Origin: Elusimicrobiales bacterium
Lineage (GTDB): Bacteria > Elusimicrobiota > Elusimicrobia > Elusimicrobiales > UBA9959
Assembly: GCA_023701245.1 (NCBI GenBank)
Contig: JAMPXK010000001.1
Coordinates: forward strand, 23-64,022
Reading direction: 5' to 3'
DNA length: 64,000 nt
The position numbers and the translations under genes are program-made. The notes beneath the pieces are model-generated. The model was not told where the DNA came from, searched no databases, and was given only the letters and a program-made list of their open reading frames with translations. Below are positions 7,111 to 15,874 of the stretch, one piece after another. Every line of letters starts with the position of its first letter. The stretch's first letter is position 1.

Positions 7111-8597
7111 GAAAAGCCGCGCTGCTGCTGCCGCTGCTGCTCTCCGGTTGCGGCGGCTATTATTCCGTAAGGGTGCCGTACAACCTGCCTGACATGCCAG
7201 GGGCCGCCTCCGCGCGGCCGGCCCTTTCTTCCCTTTACCTCAAGGTGGTTACGGCTCCGCCGGAGCCTGACAACGCGCTGGGCGCGCTGGCCGGGGCCCT
7301 GATGAACCGCCAGGGGCCGGAGTTCAGGCCTTCCGAACTGGGGCGGCAGGCGGCCAAAGCGCTGAACCGGCCCGGGGCCCGGGTCTGTGCCTGGCGCGTG
7401 GACAAGACCGGAGGAGAGGACCCGTTCACCGCGGGGCTCAAGCCCGCCGGCCTGCTGAAGGTGGAAGCGCTGCCGCCGTCCGTCTCCTCGAAGAAAGAGG
7501 AACGCTCCACGGTCTATTACAACAAGAAGAAACAGGCCCAGACCGTGAAGAATAAGGTCTGGGCCTATTCCGCCTCTTTGTACGCCAAAGTGGCGCTGTA
7601 TGCCCTGCCGGCCATGGAAGAGCTTGATTCCTGGTCCGATACTTTTTCTTTCACGGAAGACCGCCTGGATAATTCCAAGGACGCCGGGGACTGGTACGCG
7701 GACAACGAAGGCAAACTCTATTCCGCGCTGACGGCCAGGCTGACCGGCCGCTACGCGGGCCGCCCGGTAGAAAGAGTGCGGCCCCTGTTCGCCGTGAAGA
7801 AGGATAAGGAGTCCGAAGAGGCGCTGAAACTGGCCCAGCGCAACAGCTGGAACCAGGCTGAGGAGGTCTGGGCCAGGCGGGCCAAGGCCGCCGGCGGCTG
7901 GCGCGACCACCTGGGGCTGGCCGTAGCCGCCGAGCTGAAGAAGGATTACGCCTCCGCCGGAGAACATTACCGGCTGGCGCAGGCGGCCGGCGGGTCCGAC
8001 AAGGACGCCAGATTCGTGCGCTGGGCGGAGATCTTCCGCGACCTGGAAATTTTTTCCTCTACCGCGGCGGCCGGGCGCTGCGGCGGCGAGTGGTTCGGGC
8101 GCCGCACGGCGCTGCTGCCGTTCACGGACCAGACCACCAGCCTGGACGGGCCGCCTCTGGTGCGCGGCCTGGTCTACGAGAGTCTGAAGGCCGCGGGCTA
8201 TGACCTTGTCCCTCTGGAGGAGACCGACGAGACGCTGCGGCGCCGCGGCTTCTCCGACGGCGGCCAGCTGGCGGCCGCCAAGCCGGCGGATATCGCGGCC
8301 TGGCTGGGCGCGGACCGGCTGATCTATTGCGATATCAGCGATTTCGGCGAGATCATGGCCGGCGTCTATAACCGGCGCATGGTGAAAGGGTCGGCCCGCA
8401 TCTGGGAAGCCGGCGCCGGTGAGCTGTCTTTCGAGGAAAGCGTGGTGAAAGTGAAGACGCCCAAGAGTTTCGCCGCCGGGCTATTTACCCAGCTGGCCAA
8501 GGGCCTGGCCGAGCGCATCAAGAACAAACCGCTCGCCTATGAGTCGGCCCTCTTCGCCCGCCAGCTCACCGAAAACCTCCCCAACCTCTCAAAATAA
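7107..8597 (+). CDS. Lipoprotein (496 aa) with C-terminal DUF799/GNA1162-like region
   Basis: ATGA overlap with the upstream gene. MRKAALLLPLLLSGC lipobox. The C-terminal block LLPFTDQT...GYDLVPLEE...LGADRLIYCDISDF resembles the DUF799 lipoprotein pattern from memory. Confidence 0.6.
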   Translation: MRKAALLLPLLLSGCGGYYSVRVPYNLPDMPGAASARPALSSLYLKVVTAPPEPDNALGALAGALMNRQGPEFRPSELGRQAAKALNRPGARVCAWRVDKTGGEDPFTAGLKPAGLLKVEALPPSVSSKKEERSTVYYNKKKQAQTVKNKVWAYSASLYAKVALYALPAMEELDSWSDTFSFTEDRLDNSKDAGDWYADNEGKLYSALTARLTGRYAGRPVERVRPLFAVKKDKESEEALKLAQRNSWNQAEEVWARRAKAAGGWRDHLGLAVAAELKKDYASAGEHYRLAQAAGGSDKDARFVRWAEIFRDLEIFSSTAAAGRCGGEWFGRRTALLPFTDQTTSLDGPPLVRGLVYESLKAAGYDLVPLEETDETLRRRGFSDGGQLAAAKPADIAAWLGADRLIYCDISDFGEIMAGVYNRRMVKGSARIWEAGAGELSFEESVVKVKTPKSFAAGLFTQLAKGLAERIKNKPLAYESALFARQLTENLPNLSK

Positions 8598-8621
8598 TCC
8601 CCCGTAGTCCGCGGGTTCGCG

Positions 8622-8771
8622 GGTGCCGAGGGTATGCCTGCCTCGGGCACGGGGTCGGAAACACCGTTGCCGCCCCTCCTCACACTGCGGTGTCGCTTCG
8701 CTCCACTCGCCCCTCGCGCTGCGCAAGCTCGGGGCTGCGCGAAGGCCCGAGGCAGGCATACCCTCGGTACC
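8622..8771 (-). repeat. Palindromic intergenic repeat element, copy A (inverted relative to copies B and C)
   Basis: Terminal inverted repeats GGTGCCGAGGGTATGCCTGCCTCGGGC / GCCCGAGGCAGGCATACCCTCGGTACC. The interior reverse-complement matches copy C over a 66-nt stretch with one mismatch. Confidence 0.9.
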
Positions 8772-8800
8772 CGCTCCGGTTATTCGGCCTGCCGGGGGGG

Positions 8801-10081
8801 TTAGTCCCGCTCGAAGACCAGGAGAGTTTCGGAGTGGGGGGTGTTGGGGTAGAAGTCGAAACCGGCGGCGCGGATGATCTTGTACTTTTCCAGGAAGAAG
8901 GCCGCGTCGCGGCCCTGCGTGATGGGGTTGCAGGACAGATAGATGACGCGCTTGGGCAGGATCTCCATGATCCGCTTTATCACCTTGGTATGCAGGCCCG
9001 CGCGCGGCGGGTCCAGCACCAGGATGTCCGTCCCCTCGAAGAGGTCGTCCTTCATCTTCTCTGAGAGCGAGCAGACCATCTCGAAGTTCTTGGCGCCGAG
9101 GTCCTTGGCGTTGAGGGCCGCGTATTTGGAGGAGCTTTCGGAAGCCTCCACCGCCAGCACCTTGCCTGCGAGGTCGCGCAGGTGCAGGCCTATCACGCCC
9201 ACGCCGGAATACAGGTCCACCAGCTTGCCGCATTTAAAGGACGCCGCGCGGATCTCCTTGAGCGCTTCGGCGAGCAGTTCCATATTGTTCTGGAAGAAGC
9301 AGTCGAAGCCGTAATAGAATTTGTCGCCGAGGATCTCCTCGGTCACGAATTCGCGCCCCCAGGTCTTCAGTATTTCGTCCACCTGGCTGACCGAACTGAT
9401 GGGGTTGGAATAGATGGCCAGGAAGCCGTCCACGCCTTCCACCTGCATGTCCGGCAGCTCTATGTCCCGGCGCTTCATGAACAGCGCGGCCACGCGCGAG
9501 CCGGGGTTCTTGGCCTCGCGGATCACCAGCGTCTTGAGGTCGGCCGTGGACAAGTTAAGGGAATTCAGGATCTTCAGGATCTTGCCGGCCGCGGCGTTGG
9601 CCTCGGGGCTTATAAGGGCGCAGCCTTCGGGCAGCAGGTATTTTTCGCGGAAGTTGCCGCGCTTGTGGAAGGCGAAGGACAGCGCGCCCGGTTCGCCGGT
9701 GAAACTGTACTCTATCTTGGTGCGGTACCCGAAGGTCTTTTGGGCTCCGTAGAACTTATCCAGCCTTATGGTCTCCTTGGTGGTCTGGTACAGCAGGTCC
9801 TCTATCAGTTCCTTCTTGGTCTCGCACTGGAAAGGGTAGTCCATGACCTGCCAGGGCGAGCAGCTCAGGTAATGGTCCTCTTTCGGGGCCACGCGTCGGG
9901 GCGACGGTTTGATGATCTCCAGCAGTTCCGCTTCCGCGAAGTTCTTTTTTTCGAAAGTGGTCCGGACCCTGGCGGTCTCTTCCGGCAGGACGCCGTAGCA
10001 GAAGACCACCTTGCCTTCGCTCCGGCCCAGGGCTTTGCCCTCGCCTACTATTTTCTTGAATTCGAGTGTTATTTCACGCAT
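8801..10081 (-). CDS. TRAM-domain RNA (uracil-5-)-methyltransferase, TrmA/RlmD family
   Basis: ATG at 10081 (MREITLEF...). DLYSGVGVIG motif I, VLDPPRAGL motif IV, catalytic YLSCNP. The longer 475-aa ORF start lies inside the divergent promoter region. Confidence 0.85.
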   Translation of the reverse strand: MREITLEFKKIVGEGKALGRSEGKVVFCYGVLPEETARVRTTFEKKNFAEAELLEIIKPSPRRVAPKEDHYLSCSPWQVMDYPFQCETKKELIEDLLYQTTKETIRLDKFYGAQKTFGYRTKIEYSFTGEPGALSFAFHKRGNFREKYLLPEGCALISPEANAAAGKILKILNSLNLSTADLKTLVIREAKNPGSRVAALFMKRRDIELPDMQVEGVDGFLAIYSNPISSVSQVDEILKTWGREFVTEEILGDKFYYGFDCFFQNNMELLAEALKEIRAASFKCGKLVDLYSGVGVIGLHLRDLAGKVLAVEASESSSKYAALNAKDLGAKNFEMVCSLSEKMKDDLFEGTDILVLDPPRAGLHTKVIKRIMEILPKRVIYLSCNPITQGRDAAFFLEKYKIIRAAGFDFYPNTPHSETLLVFERD

Positions 10082-10115
10082 AAAAATCGCCTGTTTGCCC
10101 GCGCCGTTTGTTTTA

Positions 10116-10121
10116 TATACT
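10116..10121 (+). promoter_or_regulatory. Putative -10 hexamer TATACT, 9 nt upstream of ATG 10131
   Basis: AT-rich island (TTTTATATACTACATTTAGA) in a GC-rich context between divergent genes. No SD between the hexamer and the ATG. Confidence 0.3.
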
Positions 10122-10130
10122 ACATTTAGA

Positions 10131-11279
10131 ATGGCGCAACTGCAACAGAAACTTGTCGCGTTCATGGGGAAGGAATTCCCCAGGCGGGTCGCCTTCGCGC
10201 TGGCCGCCTCCGCTTTTATCCTCAACATAGCGTCCTGCTGGGACGTTTACCGGCACGAGCCCCTGCGGGAGGCGGCGTCCAGGTCGCTTTTCGCCGCCAA
10301 TTCCTCTTTTTTCTTCGATTCCGGCCTGGCGGAGCCGGTTCCGGTCTTCGCGCTTAAGGCGGCCATGGCCTTTGGCGCCGACCCCGACGCCGCGCTGCGG
10401 GTGGAAGGCCTGATAGTTTTCGCGCTGCTGGGGCTGGTTACCATGTTTTGCGTCAGGCGCCGCCTGGGCGAGACGGCCGGCGTCATGGCAGGGCTTTTCC
10501 TCGGGGCCAACCCGTACTTCGGCTATTACGCCATCCAGGGCGCGTCCCATCTTTACGCGCTGCTGTTCCTGGTCCTGTTCTGGTATTATTTCGACGTTGA
10601 AGGCGGCGGCCGCCGCGAGGCCCTGCTGGCAGGCCTGGCCGGGGGGCTGGCCTGCCTTTCCCGCCTGGATTCCGCCTGGGTACTGCTCCTTATCGCGGTC
10701 TTTTCCTGGGTCCTCCGGCGAGGCGCTTTCGGCCTGAAGCGGGCGGCGCTGTCGCTGGGGCTGGCGCTGCTGCTGACCGCGCCGTACCTGGCCTGGCAGC
10801 AGGCGAAATACTCCAACCTGTTCTACGCCCAGGAATTAAGCCTCCGGCGCTGGAGCAATATAGACAGCTACGGCTACGCCCCCGGCGCCCCGTACCAGGC
10901 GGCGCCGCTGGGCGCCGCCGGCTTCGTTTTCCGCAACGGCGCGGCCGGGGCCACGCGTTCTTTTTTCAGCGGGCTGGGCCGGGCCTTCGCCTACGAACTG
11001 CCGCGCGCGGTCTACTACAAATTCCTTTTCGTACTGATCTTCCTGGGCGTCTACGCGGCCGTTACCCTCAAGAAGGACCCGCCGCTGTTCTTCCTCGCCG
11101 CGGCGCTGCTGCCGGTGCTGCCGCTGGCGGACATCAAACAGGTGCCGGCCGCCGGGGGCATAGAACTCCGGTATTATCTGGCGGCCGTCTGGGCGCTTTT
11201 CGCGCTGGCCGGCCTTGGTTTCCAGGAAATACTCGCCTGGCTGGAACGGACCCTCGCCCGCGCCGCCGCTAAAAAATAA
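10131..11279 (+). CDS. Polytopic membrane protein, GT-C fold (ArnT/PMT_2, GT39/83-like) glycosyltransferase
   Basis: 382 aa from ATG 10131. Many hydrophobic helices. Pattern resembles the other two ArnT-like proteins in the window. Confidence 0.5.
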   Translation: MAQLQQKLVAFMGKEFPRRVAFALAASAFILNIASCWDVYRHEPLREAASRSLFAANSSFFFDSGLAEPVPVFALKAAMAFGADPDAALRVEGLIVFALLGLVTMFCVRRRLGETAGVMAGLFLGANPYFGYYAIQGASHLYALLFLVLFWYYFDVEGGGRREALLAGLAGGLACLSRLDSAWVLLLIAVFSWVLRRGAFGLKRAALSLGLALLLTAPYLAWQQAKYSNLFYAQELSLRRWSNIDSYGYAPGAPYQAAPLGAAGFVFRNGAAGATRSFFSGLGRAFAYELPRAVYYKFLFVLIFLGVYAAVTLKKDPPLFFLAAALLPVLPLADIKQVPAAGGIELRYYLAAVWALFALAGLGFQEILAWLERTLARAAAKK

Positions 11280-11296
11280 AAAAGGACTACTGGACC

Positions 11297-12244
11297 ATGA
11301 ACGGGAGAAACAAATACAAATTCATAGCCGCCGTGGCCGCGCTTTTCCTGGTGCCCTTCCTGATATTGAGCCGGCATTTCATCTACGGCGAAAGGGAACT
11401 GGAGAAGAAGGACGTGCTGCGCTACCTGGAACTGAGGACCCTTACCGGGGCGGGGATAATTTCGGACGTGCTCAATCTCAACTACAGCCTTTCCCGCCTG
11501 ACCGCGTCGGCCAAGGGCCGCGAAGGCGTCCGCGCCGAACTGCAGCGCCGGGTAAAAGAGAATCCCTTCATCTATTCCGAACTGGCCCTGCTGGGGCCTT
11601 CCGGTTCCGAACTGGCCAGGTACTCCGCGGAGAAAAGCGTGAAAGCGCGCCTGGAGTACGCCAAGAGCCAGGTTTTTGCCGAGGCCAGGCAGGCGGGAGG
11701 GGCCGCGGGCGCGGTGGAATACGGCGAATATACCCCGCCGGCCCTGGTGCTCTGCGAAGCGCGCCCCGAGGGCGCCAAGCCGGAGTATTACCTGGCCGGG
11801 CGCCTCAGCCTGGCCTACCTGGGCGAAGTTGTGCGCATGATGGGCAAGAATTCCTCCGGTAATTTCGGCCTGGTGGACGGCGGGGGGCAGATCATCGCCG
11901 ACTCCATGAGCATGTCCATAGTAAAGCCGGGGCTCAAGGCCCCGCCGGAAGTGGTAAAAATGCTTTCCGTGGCCCTGGAAAGGGCCGACGACAATTTTTC
12001 CAGCGAGGTGTATTTCCGCGGGCGCGTCTACCTGGTCTCTGTTTCCGCCGTTGGCGGGACCAGGTGGTGGATGTATGAGATCATGGACGCGGCCGACATG
12101 CCTTCCCGCCGGGCTTCGGCCTGGGCCGTGCGGGTCGTGGTTTCCGGGATACTGCTGATACTTGCCTTCAGCGTACTTACCTGGCTGCTCGCCCTGCGCT
12201 GGCTGAAAGACGGGCCGCCGCCGGCTTCTGGGTCTTTAGGGTAA
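11297..12244 (+). CDS. Membrane-anchored Cache-like extracytoplasmic domain protein without output domain
   Basis: 315 aa. N-terminal TM (FIAAVAALFLVPFLIL) and C-terminal TM (VVVSGILLILAFSVLTWLLAL). The middle region contains a FGLVDGGGQIIADS-type Cache motif. Confidence 0.5.
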   Translation: MNGRNKYKFIAAVAALFLVPFLILSRHFIYGERELEKKDVLRYLELRTLTGAGIISDVLNLNYSLSRLTASAKGREGVRAELQRRVKENPFIYSELALLGPSGSELARYSAEKSVKARLEYAKSQVFAEARQAGGAAGAVEYGEYTPPALVLCEARPEGAKPEYYLAGRLSLAYLGEVVRMMGKNSSGNFGLVDGGGQIIADSMSMSIVKPGLKAPPEVVKMLSVALERADDNFSSEVYFRGRVYLVSVSAVGGTRWWMYEIMDAADMPSRRASAWAVRVVVSGILLILAFSVLTWLLALRWLKDGPPPASGSLG

Positions 12245-12301
12245 ATTCCCGGGGGCCCTTGTTCACTTGCGCCGCCCTGCGGCGCGTGGTATACCTCTAT
12301 A

Positions 12302-14260
12302 ATGGGTTTTTTCCGCCTCCTTTACGGCCTGCTCCCGCTGCTGCTGCTGTCCTCCCGGCTGTTCGCCGGGCCGGAAGCCGACAGGGCGGCCGCGGGCGCG
12401 CTTTTTGACGGGGCGCTGCCTCTGGCCCCTCTGCCGCAGGCCGACGGCGACAAGGCCGGCGCGGAAACGCAGTTCCTGCTCCAGATGAAGGAAGTGCTTT
12501 CCTCAGGCGCCTGGGACGGCGCGTCGCCCCAGCTGCGCCACTTCGTCTTCAGGAACCGGGAGGAAGGCTGGACCGCGCAGGCCCAGAGCGTGGGACTGGA
12601 AGGTTTCCTCTGGACCAAGAAAGAGCTGGAGGGCAAATACGGCGCCGCCGCTTTTGCCGGCCAGACCGGGGATTATTTCGCTTACCTTGACGCCCTGCTG
12701 CAGCCTGTGCCCTGGACGGGCGACCTGCGCCGGGCGCTGGCGGACCTTAAGGCCTCGCCGCTGCCGGAGGCGGACAAGAACGCCCGCCTGAACCTTATCC
12801 TGGAAAATTATGTGGCGGGCCTGCAGGCCAACATGGAGCGCTACGACCTGGCGGCCTGGGCCAAAACGGCCCGCATCTACGAGCTTTTTCCCCGCGCGTA
12901 CAACCTGGCGGGGCGCCGCGGCGCCGGGCCCGCTTCCGGTCCCGGCGGGACCCGGTTCTTCCGGGATTTCAAGGCCGCGGATTTCGAGGTGATAAAGCGC
13001 ATGGGGTTCGACGCGGTCTGGCCCATGGGCATCCTGCCCATAGGCGTGCGCGGCCAGACCGGCACCGGCGGCGGTTCGCCCTATTCCATCAGCGACCACG
13101 CCACGGTTAACCCCGACCTGGGCACCGAGGAGGAGTTCCGCGGCTTCGTGAAAGAGGCGCACAAGGCGGGCCTGAAGGTGATAGTGGATTTCGTGGTGAA
13201 CCACACCTCGCTGGATTCCAGGCTGCTGGCCGAGAACCACGACTATTTCGTCAGCTACCGCTACGACGGGGCCTGCGCGCCGGACTATTTCGACGTGCGC
13301 TGGAACGGCTCCAAGTACTGCGTGCACCACGGCGGGTTCGAATACGGCGGCGGCGTGTCCAGCTGGATCGACACCGCGCAGGTCAACTACGCCAACAGGA
13401 ACCTGCGCGAAAAAATGACCGCCATAGTGAAGAACTGGGTAACCAGGTTCGACGTGGACGGGTTCCGCGTGGATATGGCGTACCTGGCGCTGAACAACGT
13501 TTTCGCCCGCACCTGGCAGAAGAGCATGCCCCGCGAGGAATTCTACCGGCAGCTCATCTGGACGGTGAAAGCGGCCAAGCCTTCGGCGGCTTTCATGGCC
13601 GAGGCTTACGCCTACCAGGAGGACCTGGCGGCGTGCGGGTTCGACACCATCTACAGCAAGCACGAACAGGCCCGCCCCGAGGGCCAGACCGGCTGGTACA
13701 ACGCCTCCGAATCCGGGGACCCGGCGGCCATACAGAGTTCCCTGAACCGCCAGGCCTTCCTGGCCTGGCAGGCGGGTGGCGCGGGGTCGGTCCTGTTCAC
13801 GGGCAACCACGACGAGGCCGCCCCGGAGAAGGTTTACGGCCGCCGGCTGCCGGCGGCGCTGGCCCTCACTTTCCTCTATCCCGGCGCGGTGCTGATGTAT
13901 TCGGGCGCGGAAATAGGCTACGACGCGGCCGTGCCCGCCGAACATAAACCGCTGCCTTTCAGCGTTCCCTGCGAGATCGACTGGAACGGGGGGGACGCGC
14001 AGATAAAGAAAACTTACCAGGAAGTGCTGGCCCTGGCCGCCAGGGTGCGTGCGGAACTGGGCGACTACAGCATAGAGCCCCTCTGGCCGGGTCCAGGCCA
14101 GGCCTGGGCCGGCTACACGCTGAAGTCCAGGACCGTTCCCGGCCTCAGGAAGGCCGTCATCGGCAACGTTACCTGGAACGCCACCCGGGCCGACCTGCCG
14201 CAGGCCGGGTTTTCCGGCACCCTCCAGCCGGGGGAGTACAGGGTTTTAGACCTCCGCTGA
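12302..14260 (+). CDS. Secreted alpha-amylase-family (GH13) glycoside hydrolase
   Basis: Signal peptide MGFFRLLYGLLPLLLLSSRLFA. GH13 regions VDFVVNHTS, GFRVDMAY, MAEAYAY, FTGNHDE. Confidence 0.85.
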   Translation: MGFFRLLYGLLPLLLLSSRLFAGPEADRAAAGALFDGALPLAPLPQADGDKAGAETQFLLQMKEVLSSGAWDGASPQLRHFVFRNREEGWTAQAQSVGLEGFLWTKKELEGKYGAAAFAGQTGDYFAYLDALLQPVPWTGDLRRALADLKASPLPEADKNARLNLILENYVAGLQANMERYDLAAWAKTARIYELFPRAYNLAGRRGAGPASGPGGTRFFRDFKAADFEVIKRMGFDAVWPMGILPIGVRGQTGTGGGSPYSISDHATVNPDLGTEEEFRGFVKEAHKAGLKVIVDFVVNHTSLDSRLLAENHDYFVSYRYDGACAPDYFDVRWNGSKYCVHHGGFEYGGGVSSWIDTAQVNYANRNLREKMTAIVKNWVTRFDVDGFRVDMAYLALNNVFARTWQKSMPREEFYRQLIWTVKAAKPSAAFMAEAYAYQEDLAACGFDTIYSKHEQARPEGQTGWYNASESGDPAAIQSSLNRQAFLAWQAGGAGSVLFTGNHDEAAPEKVYGRRLPAALALTFLYPGAVLMYSGAEIGYDAAVPAEHKPLPFSVPCEIDWNGGDAQIKKTYQEVLALAARVRAELGDYSIEPLWPGPGQAWAGYTLKSRTVPGLRKAVIGNVTWNATRADLPQAGFSGTLQPGEYRVLDLR

Positions 14261-14329
14261 CCGATTTGCTATAATTGACGTGGGGTAGTATTCACAAGTT
14301 TTAAAGATCAGCGATCACAGAGAGAGGCC

Positions 14330-15826
14330 GTGCTTCGTTCCAACCCGCACTTGATAGAAATCAATACCCGGCTGTGGCTCAAACAGCTGCGGGTGAAGTA
14401 TTCCCTTCCCGAAATGACGCTTTCCGCGGTGCCGGACGAAGAGTGGCTGGAGCTGCGCCACCTCGGCATCGACATCGTCTGGCTGCTGGGCGTCTGGGAG
14501 CCCAGCCCGGAGTCGGAGCGCATCGCCAGGCAGGACCGCGTGCTGCTGGAGGAATTGAAAACGCTCCCGCCCGGTTTCGATCCTTCGGCCGTCGGCTCCT
14601 CCCCCTATTCGGTTTACTGGTACCGCCTCAATCCCGAACTGGGCTTCGAATGGGAGCTGAAAGCCCTGCGCGAAAAGCTCAATTCCATGGGCATGAAACT
14701 GATGGTGGACCTGGTGTCCAACCATACCGCCAAGGACAATCCCTACATAAAGGAATGCCCGGACTGTTTCATCAACGGCAGCGAAGAGGATTTTAAGGCG
14801 CATCCCGACTGGTTCTTCGAGCTGCCTGACGGCGAGAAGAAGCGCTACATCGCCTACGGCCGCGACCCCAACTTCCCGGCCTGGACCGACAGCGCCCAGC
14901 TCAACTATTTCAATCCCGACACCAGGGCCCGCATGCTGGACGTGCTGCTGCGCATAGCGGACATGGCCGACGGCGTGCGCTGCGACATGGTGATGCTGAC
15001 CTTGAACGAGATCCACGAAGGCACCTGGGGCTGGCTCCTGGGCCGCGGCGGCTACAAGCGCCCGCAGGACGAGTTCTGGGAAGGCGCCATCAGGGCCGTG
15101 CGTGAGAAGCACCCCGAGTTCGTCTTCCTGGCCGAGGTGTACTGGGGCCTGGAATGGCGCGTGCAGCAGATCGGCTTCGACTATACCTACGACAAAGGCA
15201 CCTACGACCGCCTGCGTTTCCAGGGGCCGCAGGAAGTGCGCGGCCACCTGCGCGCCGAAAAGCTTTACCAGAAGCGCTCCGCGCGCTTCATCGACAACCA
15301 CGACGAGCAGCCTTCGCTCACGGCGTTCGGCAGGCAGAAGGCGCTGGCGGCCGGCGTGGTGGTGTCCACCATAAAAGGCCTGCGTTTCTATAACGACAAC
15401 CAGCTGGACGGCGTAAAAACGCGCGTCCCGCTGCAGCTGAAGGAACTCTACGACCGGACGCCCGACCTGGAGGTCAGGAAGTTCTACGCCAAGCTGCTCA
15501 AGATCACCGACCACCCCGCTTTCCACGGCGGGGAATGGGCGCTGCTGGACGTGCGCCAGTGCGACAAGGAGAACCGCACCAACGCCAATATCCTGGCTTG
15601 GAGCTGGGCCCAGCGCCGCACGCTCAAGGTGGTGGTGGTGAATTATTCCGGGGAAAGGTCCTGCGGCGTGGTGAACGTCTCCATAAAGAGCGAAGGCGAT
15701 ACGACGGCCATCTTCGAGGAACTTTCGGACCGGTTCTTCTCGTTCCGGGCCGAGGACCTGGCCGGCGGCCTGCGCCTGCAGCAGATGGACCCCTACTGCG
15801 CCTATATCTTCGACGTCCAGTTCTGA
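14330..15826 (+). CDS. Cytoplasmic alpha-amylase-family (GH13) enzyme
   Basis: GTG start preceded by AGAGAGG. GH13 regions VDLVSNHTA, GVRCDMVM, FLAEVYW, FIDNHDE. Confidence 0.85.
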   Translation: MLRSNPHLIEINTRLWLKQLRVKYSLPEMTLSAVPDEEWLELRHLGIDIVWLLGVWEPSPESERIARQDRVLLEELKTLPPGFDPSAVGSSPYSVYWYRLNPELGFEWELKALREKLNSMGMKLMVDLVSNHTAKDNPYIKECPDCFINGSEEDFKAHPDWFFELPDGEKKRYIAYGRDPNFPAWTDSAQLNYFNPDTRARMLDVLLRIADMADGVRCDMVMLTLNEIHEGTWGWLLGRGGYKRPQDEFWEGAIRAVREKHPEFVFLAEVYWGLEWRVQQIGFDYTYDKGTYDRLRFQGPQEVRGHLRAEKLYQKRSARFIDNHDEQPSLTAFGRQKALAAGVVVSTIKGLRFYNDNQLDGVKTRVPLQLKELYDRTPDLEVRKFYAKLLKITDHPAFHGGEWALLDVRQCDKENRTNANILAWSWAQRRTLKVVVVNYSGERSCGVVNVSIKSEGDTTAIFEELSDRFFSFRAEDLAGGLRLQQMDPYCAYIFDVQF

Positions 15827-15846
15827 ACCGTTCTGAAGGTTCTGAA

Positions 15847-15872
15847 GGCCGGCCCTGCAGCCGGCCTTTTTT
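15847..15872 (+). terminator. Rho-independent terminator
   Basis: GGCCGGC (15847-15853) / GCCGGCC (15860-15866) stem followed by T6 (15867-15872). Confidence 0.8.
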
Positions 15873-15874
15873 AT

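Noticed and set aside
8589-9233. ORFs crossing the repeat elements that share peptide strings (e.g. ...SEATPQCEEGRQRC... / ...HRCRPSSHCGVASLH...) at 8589-9233(-), 8623-8877(+) and 41992-42735(-)
   Set aside because: The shared peptides simply reflect translation of the same DNA repeat in intergenic DNA. The ORFs otherwise overlap real genes antisense and have no start or SD context.
12287-12303. TATAAT at 12298-12303 and TGGTATACC upstream of the secreted GH13 gene
   Set aside because: The TATAAT overlaps the ATG itself, so it cannot be its -10 box. The upstream hexamer is weak. Not enough to call a promoter.
14268-14310. TTGCTATAATTGACG...TTTTAAAG promoter-like hexamers upstream of the second GH13 gene
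   Set aside because: -35/-10-like hexamers are present, but their order and spacing do not give a consistent sigma-70 promoter; left uncalled.
15820-15846. Three GTTCTGAA units around the stop codon of the second GH13 gene
   Set aside because: A very short imperfect tandem immediately followed by a normal terminator hairpin. The TGAs do not cover all three frames. Most likely incidental.
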